From the human T2T-CHM13v2.0 reference genome, Homo sapiens, in NCBI RefSeq assembly GCF_009914755.1, contig NC_060935.1: DNA of 64,000 bases, one strand, 5' to 3'. The first letter of the stretch is position 1; every line of letters begins with the position of its first letter. Made by a program: the position numbers and the translations under genes. A model generated the notes under the pieces. The model saw only the letters and a program-made list of their open reading frames with translations, did not search any database and had not been told where the DNA came from. Shown here one piece after another: positions 1 to 39,490 of the stretch.

Positions 1-559
1 GTTCAGGTGTGATTATATTCTTGGTTTTGTAGGGAGGGGAAGAAAAAAACCGTTGTTCCTTTTGATGGGTCTGGACGCTAGGTAACGGCTTTGGGAGAGA
101 GGGCGCGGGAGTAGGAAGGCCAGACACACCTTAAGGCTTAACTTAGTAAGTCAAACCACCATATTTTGGGTATGGATTTCTGAGCCCCAATATAATAGGT
201 ACTTCTTAGGGTTGTTGTGAGAATTGAAGATTATTAATTATAAAGTGCCTGGGTTGGTGCTTGGCACATCATAAACAACTCCATAAATGCTCGCTTTTAC
301 TGTCGTGGATACACGGAGGTGGGAGACCCAATTGGGTTCCCGCCCATGTTATTGGCCCCCACGGCTATATGGTCTTTACGGCTTCCTAGTCTCTTCACCA
401 TCTCTAAGGTTTGTTTCCTCATCTGAATCACAGGTGAGTGATTCTCAGGGTGACTCAAGAGGGCTGGTGCCAGTGGCAGAGCATGGGGAATCGAGGGAAG
501 GCGCCTTCCTGTCAGAGGCAACACACCCAGTGGGAGGATCCTGCCCGCCCTGCTCTCTC

Positions 560-5066
<4,507 letters not shown>

Positions 5067-5429
5067 GGCCCCAGGGCCCACATTTGGGAAAGTTCTTGAT
5101 GTAGGAAAGGGTGAAAAAGCCCAAATGCTGCTGTGGTTCAACCAGGCAAGATCATCCGGTGAAAGAACCAGTCCCTGGGCCCCAAGGATGCCGGGGAAAC
5201 AGGACCTTCTCCTTTCCTGGAGCTGGTTTAGCTGGATATGGGAGGGGGTTTGGCTGCCTGTGCCCAGGAGCTAGACTGCCTTGAGGCTGCTGTCCTTTCA
5301 CAGCCATGGAGTAGAGGCCTAAGTTGACACTGCCCTGGGCAGACAAGACAGGAGCTGTCGCCCCAGGCCTGTGCTGCCCAGCCAGGAACCCTGTACTGCT
5401 GCTGCGACCTGATGCTGCCAGTCTGTTAA

Positions 5430-5435
5430 AATAAA
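5430..5435 (+). terminator. SMPD1 poly(A) signal AATAAA
   Basis: First AATAAA seen, ~365 nt after the stop codon. Confidence 0.85.
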
Positions 5436-5598
5436 GATAAGAGACTTGGACTCCAGACCCCTGTGTGACTGTCCCAATTTCTTCTTTCCAGGCAAGCAGG
5501 GCAAGGAGATCTTTGGAGCAAGATCATAACTGAGGCACAGGCTAATGGGTTGATGGTGTGGTACAGGCATAAGAAGGCACACAGCAGTGCAGACAGAC

Positions 5599-5604
5599 TT
5601 TATT
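5599..5604 (-). terminator. APBB1 poly(A) signal AATAAA
   Basis: TTTATT on +, ~390 nt past the APBB1 stop. Confidence 0.85.
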
Positions 5605-5992
5605 AGTGATATCAATACAGCAGAGGTGCCCATGGAGCAGGGGGAAGGGACCCATGCCTGGACCAGTCCCTTCCTCCTTCTGCCCCTGCTGGGTCCAGGA
5701 GGATGAGGCCTGGCCTGGACCAGTTCCTCCTGTTCCACCTGAAACACATGGGGATGGAGAACCAGGGCTGGCCTTGCTTCCTGCTCCTCTTGTTACCACT
5801 CCAGTGTTATCACTTCCTTGAAGGGATTAGATCTCTCCCTCCCCAGCTCCTAGGCAGGGAACCGTAGCTACTGGGGAGGGGCATATTTGGGAGGCCTGAG
5901 GCCTAGGAATAGCCTCTAGACCCCTCCCTGACCCACACCCTTTAGTTCCCTGGGGCCCAACACAAGCAGGTGGAGGGAAGGTGGGGGCTTCT

Positions 5993-21807
<15,815 letters not shown>

Positions 21808-22494
21808 GGCCTTGGCAGCTCCTGTGGGGTGCGGAGGGGAGATGCTGTTGAGCCTCTGGTCCAGAACAGCAGCATCACTGCTTCTGCCCCAGGGCTATGC
21901 CCTGTGCCTCCTCATCTCCCTGCACTAAGCAGGCTAGCACCCATGGCTCTCTATCCTATGAGAATGACTGGGTTCAACTTCTGTCCCAGCACTATCATCC
22001 CCATCACAGTCCAGGCCCAGGTCTGAGGCCCACCCCATCCCTATATCCCCTGCCCTGAGCTTTCTGGGATGGCACAGCTGGCGCCTGCCCTCGGTCCCAC
22101 CAGCAAGGCCTCCACACAATGGCTCTCTGTGCCTCCCCACCCCCCAGCTCATCCACCCGGGGCTTACTGTGCCAGGAACACCACTAGAGTGGGACCGGCT
22201 CGTGTGTTTTGGACACTGATCACTGACTGCCCCTCTCCGGCCGCACTTCCATCCCAAGCCCCATCACTGTAAGCTCCTCCGGCTGTGTTCCTATTCCCAT
22301 AAATCACTCAGCTCAACCAGCCCCCAAGCCCACCCCATACTAGGGACTGTGAGGACAGGAGCAAATAAGCTGCAGAACCAGCCCTACAGGGCATGGCACT
22401 GGAAGGCAGGTCACAGAGGGAGGGCGCTCGGCTGCAATTCATGGCTTCTCTGGCCAGATGAAGCTACATCTTGGTGACAATTTCCATGAAGTAG

Positions 22495-22910
<416 letters not shown>

Positions 22911-23978
22911 CAGCCTTTCAGATCTTTGACCAAATGTCACAGCCTCAGTGAAGCCTTCCCTGAACACCCATTTTAAAACCACAGGCTACCTCCGCCCCTC
23001 CTCAGCAATCCCTAAACTCTTCCCCAGCGCCTGTCACCATCTGACAAGCCAATTTATTATTTACTTTGTCTAATGATTGTCTCCTCATGACTATAATTTA
23101 TAATTTCCATGTTGGTGAGGATTTTGCCTTTTTGGTTAAATACAGTATGCCTAGTGCCTAGCGTAGTCCTGGCACAGAGCAGGAACTCCATTAATATTTG
23201 CTGAATGAATGTATGAATCAGTCCCCATTTCCTCCAGGCTTCGCTTTGGCATCTCCTCTGCCAGTGTCAGAAAACACTTTGGTTACGTTACTATGCCTTA
23301 TGGTGCCCCAAACAAACTCCACCTGCCTCTCAGGTAAGAGGACGTCCTGTTCCGCAAGGACAGCTCCCCCTCCAGACCGCTCCCTCTGCCTCCTCACAGC
23401 CCTTCGTGGGTCAGTTTCTCCGCAACCATTTGAGTCCCAACTATCCTTCCAGCCCGCCACCCAGGGACCCACCCTCGGCCCCATTCCATCCTCCCCACTC
23501 TCCCTGACCTTCCAGTTGCTCTGCTGCTCTCCTTCCCGGACCCCCAAGAGAAAGTGCTCTCTCCCTGGACCCTCACCAGCCCCCGATTTCAGTTATTTCT
23601 CCCTGACCAACCACTGCCCACTTCTCTCTCATCCTGAGCCCTCCATGCAAGCCCTCCTTCAGACAGCCCCTACCACATTACTCTCTCCTCCCTCGATGGC
23701 CTCACTGATTCTCTTGCCCTACCTGACCCTTCCCCCAACAGACAATTCTCCCTCACTGACCATCCCAACAAACACTGCACTGTGCTCTTTCTCATTCCCA
23801 CTGTACAGACCTTTCTCCTTGATGTCTTATCTGAGAGTTCCCTATCTCCCTGTTCCTCTACTAAGGAGTTCTTTCTTTCCCTGACTCACCACTACCCCCC
23901 TTCCCTCTGTGTTCTCAGCGCTGAGCACAGGTCTTGCAGCTACCTGAGCAGGGCTTGCCCATCTCTCCAGGTGCGGTG

Positions 23979-24294
<316 letters not shown>

Positions 24295-26139
24295 TAAGAT
24301 GAAAAAGGTTTCTGCGCACGTGTCTGCCTCACGTGGGGCTGTTGATCTGCTCAGTGTGACTCCTCCTGGCCAATGAGAAAACTCACAGCCACTGGAATAA
24401 ATGAAGAAAAAAATAGCTCTACCTCCTCCCAGAACCACAGTAATCTTCCAAAAATGGAAACCAGATTGTGTCACTCCCTGGTTCAGAAAATGAGAGGGCT
24501 CACCACTGCCTTTCGGATAACGCCTGCACTCGTTCGCAGACACCCAAGAGCCCTCTTAAGCCGGCCTCTATAACCTGTCAGTCCCCTCCCCACCTCCCGC
24601 CTCCTTTATACCTTATACTCTAGCCACATGAAGCGTGGCGGATTCTGAAACATGTCGCACACTCTTAAAGCCCTGGGTCTTTGTTTATACTGCTCCCTCG
24701 GCCTGGAATTCTGTCTCCCCTTGTGAGAACCTCTGCTTGTATTTCAAAACTAACCTCAGCAGTTACAGCTCCTAAGCAGTCTTTCCTGTTCTCTCCCCAC
24801 CATCAAGTGACTGTTCTCTCCTTCGTGTCTCACAACACCCAGAACCACATTCTATCAGAATATCTGAGACGGTGTCTTATTCAATTTCACATTCCCATTA
24901 CCAAAGAGAGTGTGCCGTGTGCCGACACAGACTGGGCTGTTGCAGAAGGAAAGGACGGATGAACGGGACAGACACAGGGGGTGGGAGGATCCAGGAAGCT
25001 CAGAACTGGCTGGGAATAAATACCAAGAAAGGCTGTGTGGCCCAATGGGCTGGGGAGGAGCAAAGGGAGTGTTTGGGAGGGTGTCAGAGAATGCCAAAGG
25101 GTCCCTGAGTGGGAAGTAAGATGGGACAGGAATCCTGGAGAGGTGAGGGCTGAGATCTAGGAAAAGGGAGCGAGGGAGGTAGCTTAAACCAACATCTTGG
25201 CACAGACACTGTTCAAGAGTGGCATCTCCATGGGTGTCAGGAAGCAGAAGACTCCACGACTCTGCCATGCTCAGAGGACCTTAAGGATGGCAAACCCTTC
25301 TCTGAAGCAGTAGTGTACAGAGCCAGGTTTCTCAAAGGTCAGGCAGAGACCAACCTCCTAGGCACTAGGAGATATGATCTGAGAAGAGTGCATGCACTGT
25401 GAGGCTGAAACAGTGAAGAGCCAAGTTGACCTCAGGGCAGCCCCGCCAATCTGGTCACCAGGGCAGGAAGTATTAGAGGAAGAATGGTGAAACTGTTTAA
25501 GTGCTGAAGCCTGAGCATCTAGCCTGAGGTGGTGTGGTCACCAACACCCCACTGCTCGAGGTCAAAAAGATGATCTCAGTCCAATTTTTTAAAGAAGGAA
25601 CACAACCTAATCTCTCCCCTCTCATTGGAGTTACCAAAGGATGCAAAGAGCCAACTGGGTTCTGGCTCAAGGCAGGGAGTTGGGCAGGGGCCTCGGGGCA
25701 GGAAGTGAAAGAAGTAGTCACTAAGCCTGAAGATCCTGGCATCAGACCACAGGGGTTGGGGTTGAGTCTTGCTCAAAGTCAGGAGTTGTCTAATCTGACA
25801 GCTTCCCATATGCCAGGCACTGTGCTAGACACAGGGGAGAGTGATGAAGACAAAAGAAATGGTTCTTCCTCTGGAGGAGTTCTCAGTTCAGCGGGAAACA
25901 GTCATTGAACAACTTGTTACAATGCAGTGTAACACCAACATCTAGAACAGTGCCTGGCACCCATAGCATTCCCTATTTGTTGACTGAATATCATGAAGGA
26001 GGAAGAGGAGGGCATTACAGGAACCTGGGGCTTACTACAGCCAAGACATCAGCAAAGGCCTGCCTGAGACTAGGACATAACTCTCCATTGGCCACCCGTC
26101 TCAGAGGCTGATCTCCCCTCCTGATTCACAGAGGAAAGG

Positions 26140-28860
<2,721 letters not shown>

Positions 28861-29079
28861 GGCGGAGAGAGCTGGGACTATAGCTAGAGGGGCTCAGAAT
28901 GCAAGAGATACACAGGCCGATACAAAACAGGTTAGGAATTGGCAGTGGGAAAACTGCTTCTAATCAGTGTTCTTGGCAGTGCTAGGCCTCCTGGCTGAGC
29001 TGGGGACACAGCCGCCCCAGGGCACACCCCTCGGTCGCTGAGGGCAACAGAATGCGGCTTGACAGATCCAGGGCCTGGG

Positions 29080-29990
29080 ACCCCTGCTGGAATCGGCGCG
29101 GCCTGCCAGCCCACCCCACCCCACGTCCCCTTCCCGGACCTGGGCCTCCCCTCCCCCAACACCCACTGCCCCTCGCTTCGCGTCCTCCATACCCGCCCCT
29201 AGTCACCCCGAGGGGCAGGAGGTAAAGGGCAGCGGAAGGGACGGTGTGAGGGCCCGAGTGGACCCTGCGATGGTGGGTATGAGAGGACGGTCTGCGGGCG
29301 CGCGGTGGAAGGGCGACCCGGGGATGGGGGATGGGGCCGGCCGGGGGACCCGGGCTGCCGCAGGGTAGGGGCTACAGGGTCCGCCGGCCGCTGGTGATCG
29401 GGACGCAGCCACCGGGGCTGGGCCGGGGCAGGGACACCTCCTACCTGCGCGGTGAGGCCCCGGGCCCAGATGACGGAGGTGGCTCAGGCTGCGGGGTTCG
29501 GGCTCCGCCGCGGCTTCTCCATCACAACATCCCCCGCCCAGGAGCGCGCGGGCCGCGGGGCCGCGCCCCGAGCGGCGGAGGCGCGCGCAAGGGGAGGGGG
29601 AGGGGCGCCATCTTGGGGCGGGCGCGGGAGCGAGCTCGGCGGGCGCGGCACTTGCCGCAGCTTCTTGGGGGCCTCACCCTGCGGGCGGCCCTCGGACCTC
29701 GGTGAGCCCCGCGGTCCAGCCCTCCCAGCAGACACCCCTGCAGCCGACTCCCTGGGACCCCCGCCTAGCGCGGCGCCGTCCTCCACTACTATTCCACAGA
29801 CTCACCCTGCGCGCCCCGCAGCGCCCTGGTCCCGCACCCACGCCGGGAGACGCGCGGACGGGGCTGGAGCCCGAATGGCGGCGGCTGTGCGGCGCCGCGG
29901 CCGCGCGGGGAAGGATTCCCGGGAGGCACTCTGCGCCGCTCCTGCTGCACCGCTCCCTGACGTCCTGGTGGGGAGGCTCTGAGGACACAG
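29080..29990 (-). promoter_or_regulatory. APBB1: APBB1 CpG-island promoter with non-coding first exon(s)
   Basis: Very CpG-rich; minus-strand donors CAG/gtagga (exon end 29445) and AGG/gtgagt (exon end 29806); GC boxes. Confidence 0.8.
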
Positions 29991-30519
29991 CGTTGCTCAT
30001 AATAATAGCTCGTATTTATTGACCACTTACACCGTGCCGGGCTCTCTATTAAACCGTTAACGCGCATTAATCTTCACATCAGCTCTGTAAAATCACCAGA
30101 ATTATTATCCTCATTTTTCAGAGGCTGAGGCTAAGATTAAGAGAGGTAAAGCGACTTGCCCGCAGTCACAGTTAGTGATGAATTTAGACTGGAACTCCGA
30201 TGTTTCTTGACACTGAAATACCTCTGCTGCTGAGCATAAAGCTGACATCAAGGCCTGGAAAATGTCAAGAATACATTGCTCCCCGGTAGAAATTCACAAG
30301 GAAGGGGATATTGTGAATGAAAAGTGTAAAGATGTAAGGAAGATGGTGGGGTGCAATACTTACTACAGACCCTCCCTGGATAGTGGGATACATCCCAATG
30401 GTCAGATCAGTGACCCAGAGGCCATCAAGGATAATGAGAGGTTATATTACCATCCAGAAAGCCTCTACATGCTAATCCCTCTCAGGTGCCTAAAACTAAA
30501 GATATCCAAATCTGAGTTC

Positions 30520-30795
30520 GTTCTTTCTTTCAAGGCAGGGTCTCACTCTGTCACCCAGGGGCAAGATCATGGCTCTCTGAAGCCTCAGCCTCCAGGGCTC
30601 AGATTCCTCCCGCCTCAGCCCCCGGAGTACCTGGGCCACAGACATGTGCCACCGCGCCTGGCTTTTTGTATTTTAGTAGAGAGGGGGTCTCACTGTGTTC
30701 CCCAGGCTGGTCTGGAACTCCTGTGTTCAAGCGATCCTCCCACCTCGGCCTCCCAAAGTGCTGAGATTACAGGCGTCAGACACAGTGTCCAGCCT
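30520..30795 (-). mobile_element. AluJ-type SINE
   Basis: Diverged antisense dimer. Confidence 0.8.
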
Positions 30796-31832
30796 CAATT
30801 TATTGTTTCATCCCCCTTTATTAGTCTTTTAAGGAGTTTCACTGGGGTGAAAAAGAACCCTCTTCAACACACACAACACAACACACATCCCACACTGGAC
30901 ACAACTCCATTCCATCCATTCCAATGAATGACACCAACTACTGGCTTCCCAAGCCAGAAGCTTCAAAGTCATCTTTGAATATACTTTTATTTTACTTGTG
31001 GTAAATATAAATGTTTTAACTTTTTATTATGGCAAATTTCCAATATATACTAAAGCAGACAGAACAATATAATGAACCCTCATATACCTATCATTCAGTT
31101 TCAACAATTATGAATTCACAACCAATAGTTTATAATGATTTGACAAATGCCTATGATATATGAACCATGTATCAGGTCCCAAGCCAGGCCCTAGGGATCT
31201 AAAGACGAATCAGATTTGACTGCATCTCACCTGGAGGAAATGACATCTGACCTGGGTTCTTGAAAGATGAAGAAGAATTACCCAGAAGAACAAAAGTGTC
31301 CTCATTCATTCATTCATTCATTTTCTTTCATCAAATAATTACTATGTATGAGGTACTGTCCTTGGTGCTAGCAACAGGTCAAGAAACAAGATACAGTTCC
31401 GTCTCTCATACAGCTTGAAATTTAACAGGGGAAAGAGACATTAAATATGTAATTAGGAATGTGATGAGTGTCTTGAAGGAGATGTACCGGGAGCTATGTG
31501 AGTGGGCTTAATTTGGCCTGGGAAGTTTAGGAGGCTTTCATAGGAAGTGACAATTCAGTGAGGGAAAGGGATGAAGGAGCTAGAGGTCAGCCAGGAGAAG
31601 AGAAAAGTATTCCAAGTAGCAGGAGAAATACAGGAAGGTCAGTATGGGTGTTGATATAGTTTGGATATTTGTCCCTGATCAAATCTCATGTTGAATTGTA
31701 ATCCCCAATGCTGGAGGTGGGGTCTGGTGGGAGGTGTTCAGGTCGTAGGGGTGGATCTCTCATGGCTTGGTGCTGTCTTCCCCATGATGAGTGAGTTCTT
31801 GTGAGATCCGGTTATTTAAAAGTGTGTGGCAT

Positions 31833-32627
<795 letters not shown>

Positions 32628-33989
32628 CTAAACCTCTTTTCTTTATAAATTACCCAGTCTCAAGTATTTACTTACAGCAACACAAGAACAGCCTAACAGT
32701 TGTGATAGTGGAGAATGGCATAAGATGAAATAGGAAGGTGGGAAAGTGCCAGATCAAGGAGGGCCTTATATGCTGAGCTAAGGGTTTGACCTTTATTTTA
32801 AGGGCAATGGAAAATCATGGAAGGGTTTGAAGCAGGAGAGGGGCATGTTCACACTCGCATTTTAGAAGATCGCTTTCAGCTCCTGAGGAAGAATAGATAG
32901 GTGGAAAGCAAAATTGGAAGAATATAGACCAGTTAGGAAGCAAGAGACCAGGTTAAAGATGATGATGGCTTGGACTCTGGTGGTGGGACTAGGGATGGAG
33001 AAAATTGCATAGGTTTAATAAATATTCAAGAGGTAGAATTCCCAGAAATCAGTGATCAGTTGGTTGATTAGCTATGGAATTGTAGATTTAAAAAATGACA
33101 TCTAGATTTATTTTTGAGAAAATGAAAAAAAAAATCCAGAAGTATCACCCATTTACAGATAGCCCACCAAAATATTTGTCTTCCCAATCTCATTGAGCAG
33201 GAAGGCTGCAGTATTCAGGGAAATCTCTTCAGGTAAGAAGGACATAGATTGCATGATGAGGTTGAAGGGAGGACTCTAATTAGCTAGGGATGCCCATGTG
33301 CAGTTCACATGGGCATCTTTTTCCTTATGTATTTGACCCGCAGGCGATCTTCCTGAATTCCTGATCTCCTCTGAGGTCTGCAAAGTCTCCTGACCAATGG
33401 GGAATCAACCTGTGCCTTTCACCCATCCTTTCCCTACTGTAATCTCTTCCCTCTTCTGATGCTTTCTATGGTGTGGGAGCAACCAATGAATAGCCTATGA
33501 GCCACCTCAAATGCTGCATTTGGTTCTGACCAATGTGGGTTCCTCTGAGGCAGCAGACTTTGAAAATTATTACCTTGGACCTATCAGGAAAAAATTGAAT
33601 TATAAGCAAATCCATCTAGAGTCATTTACCAAGAGTAGTGGCTTTATGCTATTTGGTTTGGTAGTCTAGCTAATTAGAATTACTAGGCAGTTGGCACCCA
33701 AGTCACCTATATGAAAGTATAGAGCTTTCATCTCTATTAAAAGTAAAGACACTTCTGGAATGAAGGCAGCTTTATCCTCCACTATATATAAGTACTGCTT
33801 TGGTATTGTAAATTTTCTTATGATTGATCTGACACACCTCTTTTCTTCTTGATGGCGGTTTTCATTTGGAAAATCTATAAGGAATAAAGTCTTCCCACAT
33901 GCTACATGAAGTGGAATTCCTAAGTCAAATTCAAGACCTAGCAAAAACTTTCTCAATCCAATACCCTTCTTCAACAGAACTATTCTTTT

Positions 33990-34122
33990 GTTTGTTTATT
34001 ATGAAGAGATGGGGGTCTCACTATGTTGCCCCAGCAGGTCAGGAACTCCTGCACTCAAGCAATCTTCCCACTTTGGTCTCACAAAGTGCTGGGATTACAG
34101 GGGTGAGCAACCAAGCCTGGTT
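33990..34122 (-). mobile_element. Alu monomer (FLAM-like)
   Basis: Single antisense arm. Confidence 0.75.
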
Positions 34123-34644
34123 CAACAGGACTATTCCAACAACTACCTAGAAGAGTATAGAGTGAGAAGAGAAAAGGACTGAGAACTGAACTCTGGAATG
34201 CCAGTGTTTAGGAGCCAGCACAGAAAAAGACAGTCAAGAAGAAAGCTGAGAATTAGCAGAAGGGTAAGAGAAGGATCAGGAGAGAGTAATGTCATGGAAG
34301 AAATCCAAGAGAGGAAAGACTTTCAAGGGGGAAGAAGTGGTCAACAACATCAAATGCAGAAAAGATTTCCAATAAGGTCAAGGCAAAAAAAAAAAAAAAA
34401 AAAACGTATCCTTTGAATTTGGCAACATGGAGGTTATGGATCCCCATGATTTGATCTGTATTAGCAGAAAATGAAGGCAGAAGCCACAATGCAATGAATT
34501 GAGCAAATGGAAAATGAAGAAGTAGAACAAATAAGTGCAGAGCCCCCTTTTGAGAAATTTGGAAGAAAGAATAGACAGTAGCTGCAAAGGTATGTGAGAT
34601 TCTCCTACGTGAATCCTTGAAACAAAAAAAGATTCAGTTTTTGC

Positions 34645-35400
34645 AGTATGGAGGTGCCCCAAAAAACTAAAAATAGAGCTACTATGTGATCCAGCAATCC
34701 CACTGGTGGGTATATATCCAAAGGAACTGAAATCAGTATGTTGAAGGGATAGCTACATGCTCATGTTTATTGTAGCATTATTTACAATATCCAAGACATG
34801 GAATCAACTTAAGTGTCCATCAATGGATGAATGGATAAAGAAAATGTGGTTATAGACACAATGGAATAGTATTTCATCCTTTAAAAGTGGAGATATCCTG
34901 TATTTGTGACAACATGGATGAACCTGGAGGACCCTATGTTAAATGAAATAATCTAGACACAGAAAGACAAATGCTACATGATCTCATTTATATGTGGAAT
35001 CTAATAAAGCTGAGCTCACAGAAGTAGACAGCAGAATGGTGGTTGCCAGAGGCATGGGGGTATGGGAGGGGCAGGGATGGAAGGGAATGGGGAGTTGTTG
35101 ATCAAAGGGTACAGTGTTCCAGGTAGACAGGAGGAATAAGTTTCGAGATCTATTGAATAGCAAAAAGGCTAAAGTCAATAGCAATGTATTGTATATTTCA
35201 AAATAAAGAGAATAAATTTCAAATGTCTCACCATAAAAAATTATAGGTAGGGGAGGTGAGGGATATGTTAATTAGCTTAATTAATCTTTCCACATTGCAT
35301 ACGTATATCAAAACATCACATTGTACCCCATAAACGTATATTGTGATTTCCAATCAAAAACAGTATTAATAATAAAAAAGGAAATTGAAAAATAAAATGA
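34645..35400 (+). mobile_element. L1 (L1MA-like) 3' end
   Basis: gatccagcaatcccact...gtccatcaatggatgaatggataaagaaaatgtgg; A-rich tail. Confidence 0.88.
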
Positions 35401-35572
35401 AATTCTCTGGTAAAATGAATCAGGTAAAAGAAAATATTCTGTTTTGCCTTTTTAATAAAAAGATGGTAGAGACTTGAACATTGGGTGTAAACTACTAAAA
35501 GATATCAGTAGATATGATGAATTTGAAAAAAAAGAAAAAAGATGAGAGATCAGGAGATCCTGGAGATGATGA

Positions 35573-36018
<446 letters not shown>

Positions 36019-36109
36019 AATATCAATACTTTTAAACTCTTTAGCTGAGGAAGAGAAGGAGGGTTGGATGGGGAACAAGAAAACCTTCACAAGATAAGTA
36101 TTATCCCAT

Positions 36110-36950
<841 letters not shown>

Positions 36951-36968
36951 CAATGCATGTGAATACAC

Positions 36969-37461
36969 GTAGCAGATATTGTCTATTGGTGCTCATTCCC
37001 ACATCTACTTTTCTATATCTTCTCTGCACCGCCAGGGCTGGAAATCTGAAAACCACATTTCTCAGACTCCCTTGTCAGCTTGGCTCCAATTAGGTCTGAA
37101 GGGAAGAGAAAGGAAAAAGCCCTTTTGTTTCTGGCAGTGCCTCTGGCACCATCAGCAGCAGTGGTTCCTGTCTAGTGAAAGTGGAGGTGGTTGCATAGCA
37201 TCAGCAATACAAACCCCAATAGCATCAGTAGCTAGTGCAGATTCATGGGCTCCAGCTTCTTGATCTTTGGGTGATAACTTTCCTCCTATTTGTTCCTCTA
37301 AATCCAGATTAGTAGTAGCTTCCCGATTTTTGGGTAACTGCTTTCCCTGGTTATGTGTCTCCAAACCTTCTTGCAACTTTGTAACAAACTCCTTGCATTA
37401 AATCTTTCTCTACTTGGATATCTAGAGTGGTTTCTGTATTCTTATTGAACACTGATTGATA
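36969..37461 (+). mobile_element. ERVL LTR33-like element
   Basis: ccacatttctcagactcccttg...ctagagtggtttctg...ctgattgataca. Confidence 0.6.
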
Positions 37462-37729
37462 CAACACACATTCTTATTTGCATATCATATATATCCACAC
37501 ACATAAGAAGCTGAGAGGTTAAATTTCTCACATCTAAGCAGAAAGTGGCTTGCCTGGGATTGGAGCTCAGACATGTCTGATTTTAAAGTTCTCAAACTTT
37601 CTCTGACCTACAGTTGGTTTTTGTTGTTGATTTCTTTTTTTTTTTTTAATAGCTAGATGAAATAGAGGTTAAAGGGGGAAAAGAAATAAAAGTATTGTCA
37701 AGAAAGTTGTTCAAATAATTATTTTTTAA

Positions 37730-38020
37730 AAAAATAGAGACAGTTTTCCTTTGTCACCCGGGCTAGAATGCAGTGATGCAATCATAGCTCACTGTGGCCT
37801 CAAACTTTTGGGTTCAAGTGATCCTCCTGCCTCAGCCTCCTAAGTAGCTGGGACTACAGGCACATGCCACAACACCCTGCTAATTATTTTTATTGTTTGT
37901 AGAGACCAGAGTCTTGCTTTGTTTCCCAGGCTGGTCTCGAACTCCTGGCCTCAAGTGATCCTCCCAATTTGGCCTCCCAAAGCACTGGGATTTAGGCATA
38001 AGCCACTGCACTTGGCCCAG
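37730..38020 (-). mobile_element. AluJ-type SINE
   Basis: Diverged antisense dimer. Confidence 0.85.
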
Positions 38021-39490
38021 ATAATCAATGTTGATGTTTAATTTGGGTGGGAGAAAAATAGCTTTCAGGGAATGGAAGACTGTGACAGTAACAAAGTCAA
38101 AGAGCAGGAATGTGGGAGTGAAGTGAGGGAGGCAGAAGGATAAGGGCCTGCACTCACAAGAGAGATACTGGAATTTAAGGAATTTCTTCAACAGGTGGAG
38201 CAATTGTGAGTGATGAATAGGGTTAAAGTTTGGCCATAGTAATTGGGTAGCTGGTGTGGGGACATCAGTCTGCAAAGCCTTCAGCAACTGAGAGAACATA
38301 GGAGGCTGGTAGATGATGGCCATTGGAATAGTAGGGAGAATGATATGGCTTACATCCATGATGCTGAAGGAGAAGGAATTTAACAGCATGAAAAGGGGGA
38401 AAATGGTGCAGATGTGCTGATACAGCTTCCCATCCACTGGGGAAGCTACAGGGGAAGAAAGAGGGGCCCTGGGGTAGAGCCTGTTCTCAAGGCTGGAGGT
38501 AAAGACATAGAGATGTTTGTACATGTAAACGATGTACGTGTACATGTTTGTACATGTAAAAGACATAGGGAAGCTTGTTAGCCATGGAGTATGACTCTGA
38601 AAAGGTACCATGGAAAATCAAGGAAGAAGAAGCAGGATGACGAACCAGGAAAAGGGGCCATAGCGCAGTTTGGAAGTGAGATTCCTCTTTCTCTCACCTT
38701 CAGATCCAATCCATCAGCAAGTCCTATAGACTGTGTCTTCTAAATATTTTTTATCAGCCCACTACTCCACCATTGCCATGTGTCCAGGTGCCATGATCTA
38801 CCAGATTAGCCACAGCATCAACCTCCACAATGGTCTGCCCACATCTGCTGGGGTTTTCTTTCACCTGGTATCCACTCTGCAGCAATCAGAGAAATCTTTC
38901 TCAAATGTAAATCTCATCACCTCACTTTCTTCCTGTCTAAAATCCCTCAGTAGGTCTCTATTGCTCCCAAAATAGACAATATCCATGCTTCCTAGACTGC
39001 CATGGAAGGCCTCCTGTGAACTGGTATGTTCCTGCCTCCCTCTCCAGTCTCATCTCACCAGCCCCTCACACATCCCCTGTACTCCAGCCCTGTGGGGCTG
39101 GTTGCAGTTTGCACCCCTTGTTGTCCCTTCTCTCCTTTCCTCTGCTCATAATGCTCCCTGGGATGGTAATGCATAGTTGGCAGTGAATATATATTTACTA
39201 AAGGAATTGCATAAATTTTACTCATCTTTAAAAATTGAACTAAGTGTTTATTATATATGAAGCCTTTCCTAACCCCTTCTTCATCCTAAGTATTGCTGGC
39301 TCCACTGTCCTTTGTATATTGAGTCTTCCATCTTAGTATCTATCTCACTGTATTGCATTTACTTGATGCTTTTTCTGTGTTCCCCTCCTGACTGTGATAG
39401 AGCGGCAGATTCTTGAGGGTAGAATGGCAAGCTGCTCTGCACATAGGTGATGCTAAGTGAATGAATGAAAGAAGTATAAGTTGGACCTTT

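Noticed and set aside
23198-23884. 228-aa Pro/Ser/Leu-rich ORF
   Set aside because: Starts in an L2 tail at a non-ATG codon; pyrimidine-rich low complexity; no domain
29203-30067. Overlapping Arg/Gly/Ala/Pro ORFs on both strands
   Set aside because: Expected stop-codon depletion in a CpG island
30262-30927. 221-aa ORF divergent from the APBB1 promoter
   Set aside because: Middle is an antisense AluJ; no recognisable domain or splice structure
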